Shown: positions 48,606 to 61,429 of the stretch, piece after piece
How the letters are laid out: the number at the start of each line of letters is the position of its first letter
Position numbering within the stretch: position 1 is the stretch's first letter
Assembly: GCA_030390025.1 (NCBI GenBank)
Contig: CM059432.1
Span: 111,292,001 to 111,356,000 of the forward strand
Source of the DNA: Squalus acanthias
Taxonomy: Eukaryota
DNA: 64,000 nucleotides
Direction of reading: 5' to 3'
Notes under the pieces: generated by a model
What the model was told of the DNA's origin: nothing
The model's database searches: none
Seen by the model: only the letters and a program-made list of their open reading frames with translations
Program-made: the position numbers and the translations under genes

Positions 48606-50690
48606 GGCCCCGATATTAACTTGGAGATGCATTGGGAGCGGGGAGGGGGTTCTGATAGCACATGGGAAACCAGGAAGTAAGTTCAGCGCGCCTGTCAGTG
48701 GCTTTTTAACTCAGCCAGCTCATTATCATTTTACTTCCGAGTTTGGCGTCCAATGCACTGCAGTAGGCGTGATAGGGACCTGCATCACGTGATCTCAACT
48801 CCAGTATTTAAAGAGACAATTGAAGATAGAATTTGGAGGAGTTGGAGTTGACAAGAGGAGAAGTGGGCAACACGGTGGCATAGTGGTTAGCACTGTTGCC
48901 TCACAGCGCCAGGGACCTGGGTTCGAATCTGACCTCGGGTGACTGTCTGTGTGGAGTTTGCACATTCTCCCCGTGTCTGCGTGGGTTTCCTCCGGGTGCT
49001 CCGGTTTCCTCCCACAGTCCAAAAATGTGCGGGTTAGGTTGATTTGGCTATGATAAATTGACCCTTAGTGTTCGGGGGGGATTAAATATGTGGGGATATG
49101 GGGATAGGATGGGATATGTTAGGGGGAATTAAAATACGTGGGGTTACGGGGGTAGGGTGGGATATGTGTACTGTGGGGATTAAAGCAGGGACAGGGTACT
49201 GGATTTGGATGATCAGCCATGATCGTATTGAATGGTGGAGCAGGCTCGATGGGCCGAATGGCCTACTCCTGCTCCTAGTTTCTATGTTTAAGAGGAATGG
49301 CATAAATGGACTCCAGATGGTCAAAGGCTGCACGCGGTTCAATGATGCCTCGCTTGATGTGCTGCTGGGGCAGTGAGGAGTCGGAAAGAGATACTCTTCC
49401 CCAGTAATGGGACAATGAAACCTGCTGCTGCCACAAAGAAGGTGTGGTTGGAGGTGGCCCAGGAGGTCAGCAGCAGGAGCACAGTGCCACACTCCTGGAT
49501 TCAGTGTAGGAAGCGCTTCAATGACCTAACCAGGTCAGGAAAGGTGAGTACAGTTGCACATTCACCTACAGCTGTGTGCAACATCTCACCCCCTCACTCT
49601 GCCTTCACAAGCCTACTCCACTACATCACTCCTCACACCCACTTACACCCATGCTTCTCTTTCTATGCACTTCCTCACATCCCCATCTATCCATCCACCA
49701 CTGAAACGCACCCTCATCCTGATGCAATTTCATGTCTCTCCCTCAGTCACCCTCACCAAATGCACTCCATCCATTGGGTGAACTCATGCCATTACATTCA
49801 CTCATAGGTCTGTTCTTTCTCCCATTGCAGGAGAAGAGAGCACAGAACACAAGGGAGAGGGAGAGAACCGGAGGTGGGCCTCCACAGATTTCCCAGCTCA
49901 CAAGTGCAGAGGAGGAGGCACCGGAGATCAGTGGCATTTCGGCATCCCTGGCCATCAGAGATGGGGAGACGGGGAGCTCCCAGCCAACTGGTGACACAAT
50001 TAAATATCAGCAACCCACATGTCAGAGCACTCAGTCATGTTGGCTTGATTTCAAGAGCAAGTGAAATATTATCATCTTCATAATGATAACTTGCAGCATT
50101 CTTACCTTACCAGGGCTAATTCATGTCTTTTATCTCTGGTAGGCCCTTTATGTGAGCACCAGAAGTCAGTGGAGGTCGCCGCCGCCGATCCCTCAGAGGA
50201 GCTGAGTCCTTCTGAGGGTGCACCGTCACAGGACTCATGCAGACTGTGCACCAGCTCAGATACTCACACTTCAGTGGGACCAGTAAGACAGATAGTTGGG
50301 TTTTCACCTGGTGACTCACTTCACAAGTGAGCAAAAGCAGATGGTGGAGACACGGACAGCAGTGGAGATCCGTGTCAGCTCTCCAACCTCTGCTCAGTCA
50401 GACACAGATGCTGTATCCCATGGGCGTTGATGAAGAGGAGAATCATTGAGCAGCAGCAGAGAATGTGCGATGCACTGACAGGCCTTCCAAGCACACTGAC
50501 CACAATTGCAGAGAGAATGGAGGAGTCTCCTCAGGCATGAGTGGGTTGACATCGCAGAGTATTGCGATGATGTCTTCTTCCATGGAGAGAGCGGCCGGCT
50601 CCGTGGAACATCAAACATGGCTATCAGCTGAGTCCGTGCCGTCTTGACCATAGCCGTGCAGACTCTGGATGCCAACAGAGGCAACGGGAG
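48606..50690 (+). mobile_element. Harbinger element end with 3-exon Myb/SANT gene remnant
   Basis: Exon 1 RFNDASLDVLLGAV...WIQCRKRFNDLTRSGK|GTGAGT; TTGCAG|EKRAQN exon 2; GTAG| exon 3. Confidence 0.8.
48865..49289 (+). mobile_element. HE1-like V-SINE, full length
   Basis: GGGCAACACGGTGGCATAGTGG head, V-domain and CR1-type tail; near-identical to 26871-27310. Confidence 0.9.
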
Positions 50691-52330
50691 CAGAGGAGCT
50701 GGAAAGAGCGTGAGAGGAGCGGCGAGAGGAGCGGGAGCAGCGGCGCTATAGAGAGCGTGAGAGGAGCGGGAGCAGCGGCGCTGTAAGGAGCGTGAGAGGC
50801 GCGGGAGCAGCGGCGCTATAGAGAGCGCGAGAGGAGCGGGAGCAGCGGCGCTATAGAGAGCGCGAGAGGCGCGGCGAGTGGAGCGGCGAGAGGAGCGGCG
50901 AGTGGAGTGGCGAGTGGAGCGGCGAGAGGAGCGGCGAGTGGAGCGGCGAGAGGAGCGGCGAGTGGAGCGGCGAGAGGCGCTGTAAGGAGCGTGAGAGGAA
51001 GTGAAGGCAGCATGCCTGGGCGAGACCAGAGCGGGAGCAGAGCGAGAGGCAGCAACTCAACAGAGGCGGAATTCGAAAGAGTGACGTCAGAGTAGAAAAA
51101 GTGATGTTGGCACAAGGGAAGGAGCTGAGTGGTGAGTAGCTGGTGAGTGTTATTTTTAAGTTTTAAGTTTATTTCTGCTCAGTTAGTTCTTAGTCTATCA
51201 AATAGAGGCATGGCAGGGCAGCTCAGTCCCATGGAGTGCACATCCTGTGCCATGTGGGATGTCCTGGACGCTTTGCGTAGCCTGGACGACCACATGTGCA
51301 GGAAGTGTCACCAGCTACGGCAGCTCGAGGTCCGTGTTTCGGAGCTTGAGCGGCGGCTGGAGTCACTGTGGTGCATCCGCGAAGCTGAGAGTTACGTGGA
51401 TAGCACGTTTCAGGAGGTGGTCACCCCGCAGCTTAAGAGTATGCAGGCAGAGAGGGAATGGGTGACCGCCAGACAGAAGAGGAGGACCAGGCAGGTAGTG
51501 CCGGAGTCCCCGGAGTGCATCTTGCTCTCCAGCCAGTATTTTGTTCTGAGTACTGGTGGGGGCGATGGTTCCTCTGGGGAGTGCAGCCAGAGATAAGTCC
51601 AAGGCACCACTGGTGGCTCAGCTGCCCAGGTGGGGAGGAAAAAGAGTGGTAGCGCAATAATGGTTGGGGATTCGATAGTTAGGGGTGCAGACAGGCGTTT
51701 CTGCGGCCGCAGACGTGACTCCAGGATGACTCCCGGCGAAGTTACTCAATTTGTAGCCCAGGTGTCTTACTGCAATTATATCGGGCCCTGGTGGGACCAT
51801 ACCTGGAGTATTGTGAAGTTTTGGTCTCCTTACCTAAGGAAGGATATACTTGCTATAGAGGGAGTGCAATGAAGGTTCACCAGACTGATTCCTGGAATGG
51901 GGGGATTGTCCGTTGATGAGAGATTGTGTAGACTAGGCCTATATTCTCTAGAGTTTAGAAGAATGAGAGGTGATCTCATTGAAACATACAAAATTCTTAC
52001 AGGGCTTGACAGGGTAGATGCAGGGAGCATGTTTCCCCTGGCTGGGGAATCTAGAACCAGGGATCACAGTTTCAGAAGAAGGGGTCGGCCATTTAGGACT
52101 GAGATAAGGAGAAATTTCTTCACTCAGAGGGTCGTGAATCTTTGGAATTCTCTACCCCAGAGGGCTGTGGAGGCTCAGTCGTTGAGTATATTCAAGACAG
52201 AGATCGATAGATTTTTGAATATTAAGGGAATCAAGGGATATGGGGATAGTTCAGGAAAGTGGAGTTGAGGTAGATGATCAGCCATGATTTTATTCCTACT
52301 CCTGCTCCTATTTCTTATGTTCTTATGTTA
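50690..52330 (+). mobile_element. Internally deleted CR1 (5'UTR plus ORF1 5' part joined to a CR1 3' end)
   Basis: MAGQLSPMECTSC...CRKC, VGDSIVRG to ~51728, then RT C-terminus and tail to ~52330. Confidence 0.8.
50700..51000. repeat. GC-rich minisatellite (12-bp GAGCGGCGAG(A/T)G and 31-bp units), probably CR1 5'UTR
   Basis: Visible tandem array; translates as (APLA)n on the minus strand. Confidence 0.85.
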
Positions 52331-54899
52331 CTGTGCATTATCATAGACAACATATCTGTAAAACAATAAATTGCCATCAGTGAGTGCCACTCAAGTGCCA
52401 GATTGAATTAGTCTGCACTCTCCGACACAGGTCCCATGGCTGAGAATGTACCACACAAAATGCATGGCACAGAATCAAACTGTAAATGTCACAGAATTCT
52501 AATGTATTATAAAACGGATAAATTCTATTCTAATTTTATTATAAGTACTGAGATTGTTTGTGGAATATCAGTTGATCCTAATCAAAATCAACTCTAGTGC
52601 CTTCCAATGCACAGCCACCACTGTCCCTCTGCAACTTTTACTTTCTTGTCTTGTCACTCTTGTTCTCATTCCTATCCCCATTGCTCTTGCTGCTGTTCCC
52701 AGATGCCATCACTGCTCTTTCTTATAAATGTAATTGATATAAAGCATGATGCTTACATCAGAAGATTACAAGGAAGAAACAAATCATGGAACTCACAGGC
52801 CACAGTGATAGAACTGCGAAAAACGGAATTGTTTCAAGCTAATGATACTATCTTGTCAGTAATTGTAATGGTTGCATTGAGATAGCACTTTATCACATAA
52901 TGAATTACTTTGACGTGAAGTGACTGCAGTTTATAGGCAACCATTCTGCCAGTAACCACTAACATCCCACAAGTAGCCACGAAATGAATGGCCACGTAAT
53001 CTGTTTTATTCTGAGGTGCTTTCGGTTTGGGGAGGAATGTTGGCTCGGACATCGGGAGAGCTCTCTGCTCTTTGACATCCACTTGTTGGGCTTTAATATA
53101 ACAATTGATTTGAATGAAGATACAATGAAGCACTCTCTCAGTACTGAGCTGGAATGTTGACTTTGATTGTAAACTCTAACCACTGGTTCCTCTGGGGAGT
53201 GCAGCCAGAGTCAAGTCCATGGGCACCACGGGTGGCTCAGCTGCACAGGGGGGGGGAGAAAAAGAGTGGAAGAGCAATAGTGATAGGGGATTCGATAGTT
53301 AGGGGAGCAGACAGGCGTTTCTGCGGCCGCAGACGTGACTCCAGGATGGTATGTTGCCTCCCTGGTGCCAGGGTCAAGGATGTCACTGAGCGGCTGCAGT
53401 AGACTCTGAGGGGGGAGGGTGAACAGTCAGAGGTCGTTGTTCATATCAGTACCAACGACATAGGCAGAACGAGGGATGAGGTCTTGCAGGCAGAGTTTAG
53501 GGAGCTAGGAGAGAGATTAAAAAGCAGGACCTCAAAGGTAGTAATCTCCGGATTACTCCCAGTGCCACGTGCTAGTGAGTACAGGAATAGGAGGATAGAA
53601 CAGATGAATGCGTGGCTGGAGAGATGGTGCAGGACGGAGGGCTTTAGATTCCTGAGGCATTGGGACCGTTTCTGGGGAAGGTGGACCTGTACAAGCTGGA
53701 CGGGTTACACCTCAACAGAGCCGGGACCAATATTCTCGCGGGGAGGTTTGCTAGTGCTGTTGAGGAGGGTTTAAACAAGCTTGGCAGGGGGATGGGCACC
53801 AGCATATAGGAGTAGAAAAGAGGAATAAGGTGCATAGAAGAGTGAGTGTTTCGGATAGTACTGGAGAAGAAAGTAGCACTAGAGGTGGAAGAAGTACCAT
53901 ATTAGATAGGAGCAGACTAAGAAAGACTACTAAAAATTTAAAAATGGGTTTAGAATGCATGTACGTAAACGCACAAAGAGTGGTGAATAAGGTTGGTGAG
54001 CTACAAGCACAATTAGCCGTGTGGCAATAACGGAAACGTGGCTTAAAAACGGTAAGGACTGGGCACTTAATATTCAAGGGTACAAGGTGTTCAGAAAAGA
54101 TAGGGAAGGAAAAAAGGGAGGTGGGGTGGCAGTGCTGATTAAGGAAGACATTGTAGTGTTTCAAAGGGAGGATGTTCTTGAGGGGACAGGGACAGAATCC
54201 ATTTGGTTAGAGTTGAGGAGCAAAAAGGGTATGATCCCGCTATTGGGGGTATTCTATAGGCCTCCAAATAGTGAGAGGGAGGTATAGGAGCAAATCTGCA
54301 GGGAAATTGCAGATATGCAAGAGCTATAGAGTGGTGATAATGGAGGACTTTAATTACCAAATATAGTTTGGGATAATGCTAGGGTAAAGGGAAAGGAGGG
54401 GGAACAATTTCTGAAATGTGTTCAGGAGAATTTCCTTGACCAGTATGTTCTTGGCCCAACTAGGAAGGAGGCATTGCTGGATCTGGTGCTGGGGAATGAG
54501 GTGGGCCAGGTAGACCAAGTGTCTGTGGGAGAACACTTGGGTACGAGTGATCATCGTATCATAAGATTTAGATTAGCAATGGAGAGGAGCAAGGAACAAT
54601 CTATAGTGGAACTTCTAAACTAAAATTGGGCTAACTTCAATGGGATGCGAAAGGATCTAGCCAGGGTAAAATGGCACCAAAGCCTGACAGGAAAAACTGT
54701 AATGGAACAATGGGTGATCTTTAAGGAGGAGATGTTCCAAGTACAGGCTAGGTACATTCCAACAAGAGGGAAGGGTAAGGGAACCAAAGCAAGGGCTCCT
54801 TGGATGATGAGGGAGATAGAGAAGATGATGAAACAAAAAAAGAGGGTGTATGATGCATGTCAGATGAATTCTTCAAGGGAGAACCAGACCAAATACAAT

Positions 54900-55659
54900 G
54901 GCCCAGAAATTAAACATCGATGGTTCCCGCGGGGGTAAGGATTCCCCGCGATATCGCACTTCGCGCCTACCTTTTTGTTTCGGGCCCACACGAACTTCAG
55001 TTTCAGGGCCTCTCCCTGTTGCCAGCGTGCAGTGCTTGCGTGTCCCAGAGGTGCAATTAGTTCGTGCGAGCTCTGGGATCACGTGATTCAGTTAGAGCCA
55101 ATGGCAGCACACCATCTTTCATTCATAGTTTTGACAGCAAGGGCTGTCAAAGCTATGAATACTACACACCCCCAAAAGAACAGCTAAACCTCAATTAAAT
55201 TAAAAAAGCCATCACATTAATAAAATAACTATAGTTAAATAAATTAACCACTTTAAACAAAAAATTAAATTTTTGAAAAAATTTAAAATCTTTTTAAAAG
55301 TTATAAAAATAAACTTACCTTTCTTTAAAGTCTCTAAAAAAGATAAACCTGTTGAAAAAATTTTAAAATAACACTTAATTAACTACTTACCTTGTTAAAA
55401 GGGGGTCCTACGCCTGCTTTCTTTATGTGTAAAATCTTCACCACTTACCTGCATGTTCAAACCTGAAAAAAAACTAAGTGCACTGCGTGCGCGCAACCTG
55501 TAGCGCGCACGCAGTTCACTTAAGAACTGCCCCCTTTGCAATACACGAAGTGCCGGTTTCCCGCGCATGCGCAGTGCATGCAGGAAACCAGCAATTCGGG
55601 ACCTAATACGCGAGAGTACACAGTGCGTACTCTCGCGTATTAGGTCTAATTTTCGGGCC
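54900..55659. mobile_element. Harbinger-type MITE, 760 bp
   Basis: GGCCCAGAAATT / AATTTTCGGGCC; TSD AAT; CR1 sequence continuous across it. Confidence 0.85.
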
Positions 55660-57387
55660 AATAAGTTGAGAGGGGAAGTGAAGATGAAAATAAGATTGGC
55701 AAAGAGAGAATATGAGAGTAGAATGGTGGTTAACATAAAAGGGAACCCAAAAATCTGCTACCGACATGTAAACAGGAAGCAGGTAGTAAGAGGCGGGGTG
55801 GGGCCTATTAGCTACAAAGAAGGTGTTATATGCTTAGAGACGCAGGGCAAGGCTAGAATACTCAATGAGTACTTTGTATCGGTGTTTACTAAGGAGGAGG
55901 ATGCTGACAAAATATCGGCAGAAGTGGAAAAGGTAGAAGCAATGGAAGGGGTGAAAATTGATAGACAGGATATACTGGAAAGGCTGGGTATGCTTAGAGT
56001 GGACAAGTCGCCTGGTCTAGATGGCTTGCATCCCAGGTTGCTAAGGGAATTGGGGGAGGAGATAGCGGAAGGGCTTGCCATAATTTTCCAATCTTCCCTA
56101 GATATGGGGGAGGTGCCTGAGGATGGGAAAGTGGCAAATGTGACACCATTGCTCAAGAAAGGATGTAAGGTCAATCCTAGTTACTACAGTTTAACATCAG
56201 TGGTGGGTAAAGTTTTCAGAAACAATAATCAAGGAAAAAATTAACGGGCGCTTGGAGAGGTTTAAGCTAATTAAGGAGAGCCAACACGGATTTGTGTTTG
56301 ATTAATCTAATTGAATTTTTTGATGAAGTGACAGAGGATTGATGAAGGGAATGCAATGGATGTTGTCTACATCGATTTTCGGAAGGCGTTTGACAAAGTA
56401 CCACATAGAAAGCTGGTTAAGAAAATTGAGGCTCTTGGAATAGGTGGATAAGTGGCAGCTTGGATAAGAAATTGGCTTAAGGACAGAAAACAGCGAGTTG
56501 TGGTAAATGGCTGTTTTTCAGACTGGAGGATGGTAGACAGTGGTGTTCCCCAAGAGTCAGTGCTCGGGCCACTGCTTTTTTTGATATATATAAATGACCT
56601 GGATATTGGAATACAGAGTAGAATTTCTAAATTTGCCGATGACACCAAACTTGGGAGTGTGGCAAACAGTGAGGATGATACCAATCGACTGCAACAGGAC
56701 ATAGAAAGGCTAGCAGAATGGGCAGACCAGTGGCAGATGGAATTTAATACAGAGAAGTGTGAGGTGATGCATTTTGGCAGAAGGAACAGGGAGAGGCAAT
56801 ATACACTTAATGGCACAGTTGTATAGAGTGTGTAGGGACAGAGGGACCTGGGAGTTAATGTGCATAGGTCCCTGAAGGTGGCAGGACATATTGAGAGAGT
56901 GGTTAACAAAGCATATGGGATCTTGGGTTTCATAAATAGAGGTATTGAGTACAAAAGTAGAGAAGTTATGCTGAACCTTTATAAAGCGTTGGTTAGGCCA
57001 CAACTGGAGTATTGCGTCCAGTTCTGGTCACCACACTTTCGGAAGGATGTGAAGACCCTTGAGAGGGTGCAGAGGAGATTTACCAGAATGGTTCCAGGAA
57101 TGGGGGATCTTAGCTACAAGGACAGGTTGGAGAAGCTGGATTTGTTTTCATTAGAGCAAAGGAGGTTGAGGGGTGATTTGATAGAGGTGTACAAGATTAT
57201 GACGGGTTTGGATAGGCTAGACGGGGAAAGGCTATTCCCACTAGTTGATAGTACAAGGACTAGGGGACACAGATTTAAGGTTTTGGGCAAGAGATACAGG
57301 GGGGACGTGAGGAAAACTTTTTTACACAGCGAGTGGTGAGGACCTGGAATTCGCTGCCGACGGAAGTGGTGGAAGCGGAGACATTCA

Positions 57388-57988
57388 GGGCTCGATTTTG
57401 CCAGGCCCGAGGAAGCGGGAATGGAGGCGTGTGGGGTGTTAAAATTGCAAAAAATGGCGGGCGGGCCCGACCCCACCTCCATCCCGCCTCCGAGCAATTT
57501 TCCCAAATGCGTGGTTTCTGATCCCGTCTCCGTCCCGCCTCCAAGAGGTGGGATAGGCCCTTAAGGCCCTTAACAACCACTTAATTGCCTCTATAATTCC
57601 ATTTTGAGAAGCCTTTCTGATTTTAACACTTTTCCAATGTGATGCACACCTCCTCTGAAGCATGATGGTGAAACCTGGCAGTAGCACACTTGGATTGCTG
57701 ACTATCAGCTGCAGGTCCACCATTAAGAAGGAGATTTGATCAATCATCATTCTGGGGGAACTTTTAGAAGTCATAATCATTGTTGTGGAACTTTGGAGTC
57801 AGTAGTAGTGGTGGTGGTAAAAAATCTGGGAGCAGACTTAGGTCTCCTGCTGCTCATTTTGCCTCCAGGTCCCTCTCGCAGCAAAGGCCAAAAGCTTCCC
57901 AGTCTTTGTAGACCTTAAATGCAGCATCAATGATGACATCATCAGAGGCGACCTTCAGACTGAAAACACTAATTGGGTCATCGAGCCC
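57388..57988. mobile_element. Harbinger-type MITE (GGGCTCGATTTTG family) with a deletion near one end
   Basis: GGGCTCGAT / ATCGAGCCC; TSD TCA; inverted sister copy at 59320-60036. Confidence 0.85.
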
Positions 57989-58148
57989 TCAATGTTTTCA
58001 AGGGGAGACTGGATAGGCACTTGAGGGAAATAAACCTGCAGGGCTATGGGGATAGAGCAGGGAAATGGGACTGACTGGATTGCTCTACAGAGAGCCGGCA
58101 CGGACTCGATGGGCTGAATGGCCTCCTTCTGTGCTGTTATGACTCTAA

Positions 58149-58636
58149 GGGGTAAAAATTCACTTGGTTGCGCCACCCGTTAGCGCCTTAAGAGGGCGCT
58201 AATGGGGCGCAAAGCCGCTAACGCCCGGGCGCAGCGATGTTTGCGCCGCTCGAGAACTTAACTTGAGATTGTGCGGCGGCGCTAAAACTTACCGCTGCGA
58301 CCACCTGCGCGCGCAGATTGTGACGTCATTCCATGGTGCAACGCCCTTGGGGCGCCCCGTAGCGGAAATTGAGTGGCGCCCCCTGCCTTACCGCCTGGCG
58401 CTTCCAACGACCAGAAGACTGGAACGCTATCAATCGCTGTGGGGCTGGGGGGGGCGCTATTTAAAGGGGGCCTCTTCCTGTCTTTTATTGTTGGTGGCAT
58501 TTTTGAACTATGCATTCTGAGAGAGAGAGGGAGAGACTTCTGGAGAGATTCAACGTTGTGTGAAGGAGTTTTGGGTACTGAGCAGCACTTTGCAGGTTCA
58601 TTTTGATTTGCCATTCCTTGTATCGATTTAGCAGAG
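58149..58636 (+). mobile_element. Truncated (left-half) copy of the 29379 MITE
   Basis: Near-identical to 29379-29866; no right TIR. Confidence 0.9.
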
Positions 58637-59303
58637 TATTTTATTCAAAAACAATAATACCTGTACAACTCATCAATTACATAGTAAATCCATTACATAG
58701 TAAATCCATTACATTCATCCATCACAGTAAAAAATAAAGCCTTAAAAACAGCCTTAGTTAATATAAATGCAATGATTACTTTTACAAATAATCAATAATG
58801 TTTACAGTACAAATACCCTTAAATACCACACAACTTTTTAGATTTAAAATAATGAATCTCAAAGTTAACTCCACATAAAACAAAAACCATTTCAACACCA
58901 GTGTACAAACACATAGCACCATCATAATCCAATTAAATGCTACAAATAACATTTATTCCAATAAACCAAGAAAAAACCCGTTTTACGCCAGTCCTACTGG
59001 CATTATTCGTTCGATCATTCGATCATTCATTCAATTGTTCGTTCGTTCATTCAAGCGTTCGTTCGTTCGATCGAGCGTAAGTTTCCAATATGCATGAATG
59101 CGTTCGTTCGAATCGTTCGTCCGTTCGTTCACTCGAGCGTCCGTTCGTTCAATAATTTACCAATATTATCCACATAAAACAAACCATTTCAACACCAGTG
59201 TACAAACACACAGCACCATCACAATCCAACCAAATGCCACAGATAACATCCATTCCAATAAACCAAGAAAACCTGTTTTACGCCAGTCCTACTGGCATTG
59301 TTC
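58637..59303 (-). other. Unassigned AT-rich insert with a ~140-bp direct repeat and a (CGTT)n-like microsatellite
   Basis: ~58870-59005 resembles ~59170-59303; the whole block is bracketed by 15-bp repeat GCTGTTATGACTCTA. Confidence 0.55.
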
Positions 59304-59319
59304 GCTGTTATGACTCTAT

Positions 59320-60036
59320 GGGCTCGATTTTGTCATTGGGGCGGGCTGGGGTCGTGTCATCCACTTTTCGTGTTAGCCACCCGACTCCAATTGGATGTGG
59401 GAGAATTATGCGATTTTCCCTGAATTGGGCAATTGAGTTCCAGCATGTGGGAACCCATGACCCAATTAGTGTTTTCAGTCTGAAAGTCACCTCTGATGAT
59501 GTCATCATTGCTGCTGCATTTAAGGTCTGCAAAGACTGCCAACCTTTTGGCCTTTGCTGTGAGAGGGAGGGACCTGGAGGCAGAATAAGCAGCAGGAGAC
59601 CTAGGTCTGCTCCCAGAAGAATTCTTCTACTTCACCGCCACCACCACCACCACGACGCTGCCTTCCACAAGAATGGTTATGACTGCTAAAAGTTCCCCCA
59701 GAATGATGATTGATCATATCTCCTTCTTAATGGTGGACCTGCAGCTGATAGTCAGCAATCCAAGTGTGCTACCGCCGTCGTGTTTCAGAGGAGGCGTGCA
59801 TCACGTCGCAAAAGTGTTAAAATCAGAAAGGCCTCTCAAAATGGGATTATAGAGGCAATTAAGTGGTTGTTAAGGGCCTATCCCATCTCTTGGAAGCGTG
59901 ACGGAGACAGGATCAGAAACCACGCATTTGGGAAAATTGCTCAGAGGTGGGATGGAGGCCTGCCCGCCATTTTTTGCAATTTTAACACCCCACACGCCTC
60001 CATTCCCGCCTCCTCGGACCTGGCAAAATCGAGCTC
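59320..60036. mobile_element. Harbinger-type MITE (GGGCTCGATTTTG family), 717 bp
   Basis: GGGCTCGATTTTG / CAAAATCGAGCTC; TSD TAT. Confidence 0.88.
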
Positions 60037-60384
60037 TATGGGGCTCAAACCCACAAGCTTCTGATCCAGCAGCAAAAGTTCTGACAAGTGAGATAAAATG
60101 ACCCAACCAATGTGAGAAAGCAAATACTATGTGATGGAATTTTTGGTGTATTTTATCCCTCTCGAGATGTGCACGTTTGGGGTGCAAAGGCGTAAAAGAT
60201 TGAGGAAAATTTTGCATAAGTGAATTACGCATGTAAGTACGCTACACCCAAATGTTCTCAATCTTTTACACCCAACTATCAATCTCTGCGGCGAACACAC
60301 CTCAGCTCATTATAATGGCTCGTCCTCAAGCTACACAGCCTTACACGTAGATTTCCTGCAATTGTGTTGGTTAACTGTAGAAAG

Positions 60385-61150
60385 GAAGATTAACTTTTAC
60401 GGGTCTGCATCCTTCCAGGCATCTGCAGCTAACCTACACAGGATTAGCCAAGGAGCGGTGCGGGCCTGCACTCGGCAGGTAACTCATGTCCTTTTCCGGT
60501 GGGCTGGGAAGTTCATCATACTTGGCATGTCTGCGGAGGAGCAACGACAGAGGGCATTTGATTTTGCACGCTTGCTGGCTTCCCCAGAGTGCAGCGGGCA
60601 ATTGATGGAACTCGCGTTACGATAAAGGCCCCCTGTCTGAACCCACAAAGCTACATGAACAGGAAGGGCTACCACTCCCTCAATGTTTAGACAGTCTGCA
60701 ATGCACATTGCATGCGAATGCACAGCATGTGGGGGCTTGTCATAATGCATTTATTGAACGCAACTCGGAACGCATGCTCGGGCACCGGGGGGGGCAATTA
60801 GAGGGATGGATCCTCAGTGATAAGGCTTACCCCTTGCTGTCGTGGCTGATGATACCTTTTTGCGGCCCACAGACCAAAGCTGAGGAGAGATATAACCAAG
60901 CAGATGCGTCCTCCAGAAAGGTAGTCGAGAGGACAGAACCAGATAGAGGGTAGTAAGGGTGGTCGCCCTGTGCTATGCCCTGTATAGCTATGCCATGGCA
61001 GAAGGTCTGTACCTTGACATACCGGGGGAGGAGCCAATCGAAGCGGAAGATGTTGTACTGCAGGAGCCGGAGCTGAGGGATATGGCGTGTCCGCAGTAGA
61101 TCTTGCCCTGGGAGGGCAGGGCTGTCAGGGCTTTTGCCAGAGGTTTATAC
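60385..61150 (+). pseudogene. Degenerate Harbinger transposase
   Basis: NFYGSASFQ, AIDGT, NRKGYHSLNV, GACHNAFI, LSDKAYPL..WLM, RKVVERT across frames. Confidence 0.8.
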
Positions 61151-61429
61151 CCAATGAGCTTCCCAGCAGAGGTCATAACCAGAAGGGTCAGACACAGCTC
61201 TCTGTAACTTCAAAAAGTGTTTTATTATCAAAAATGTTTCATAGGTTTAGTAAATGCTAACTACAAATTTTAACAATTACCTGCAAATGTTTTCTTTAAA
61301 AGTTAAATTCTACTCAGACATTTGAACAAATTCTTACAGGAACTCCAATAAACCTTAATTAAACCTGGATAGTTAAATTACAAACTGTTTTATGGCAATG
61401 CGAGACGACAGAGACTTGAGCAGACAATC

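Larger units (their letters stand above)
53183..58147 (+). mobile_element. CR1/HER1 LINE (ORF1 esterase plus disrupted ORF2 plus tail) with two MITE insertions
   Basis: IGDSIVRG, TETWL, YRPP, KFADD and [11 protein letters not shown]; tail ends CTGTGCTGTTATGACTCTA. Confidence 0.9.

Noticed and set aside
50700..51115. (APLA)n repeat protein or CRISPR-like array
   Set aside because: Simple minisatellite without unique spacers in a CR1 5' region; eukaryotic context
52940..53180. Very old Deu-SINE-like remnant on the minus strand
   Set aside because: Similarity limited to a short degenerate stretch; boundaries cannot be supported
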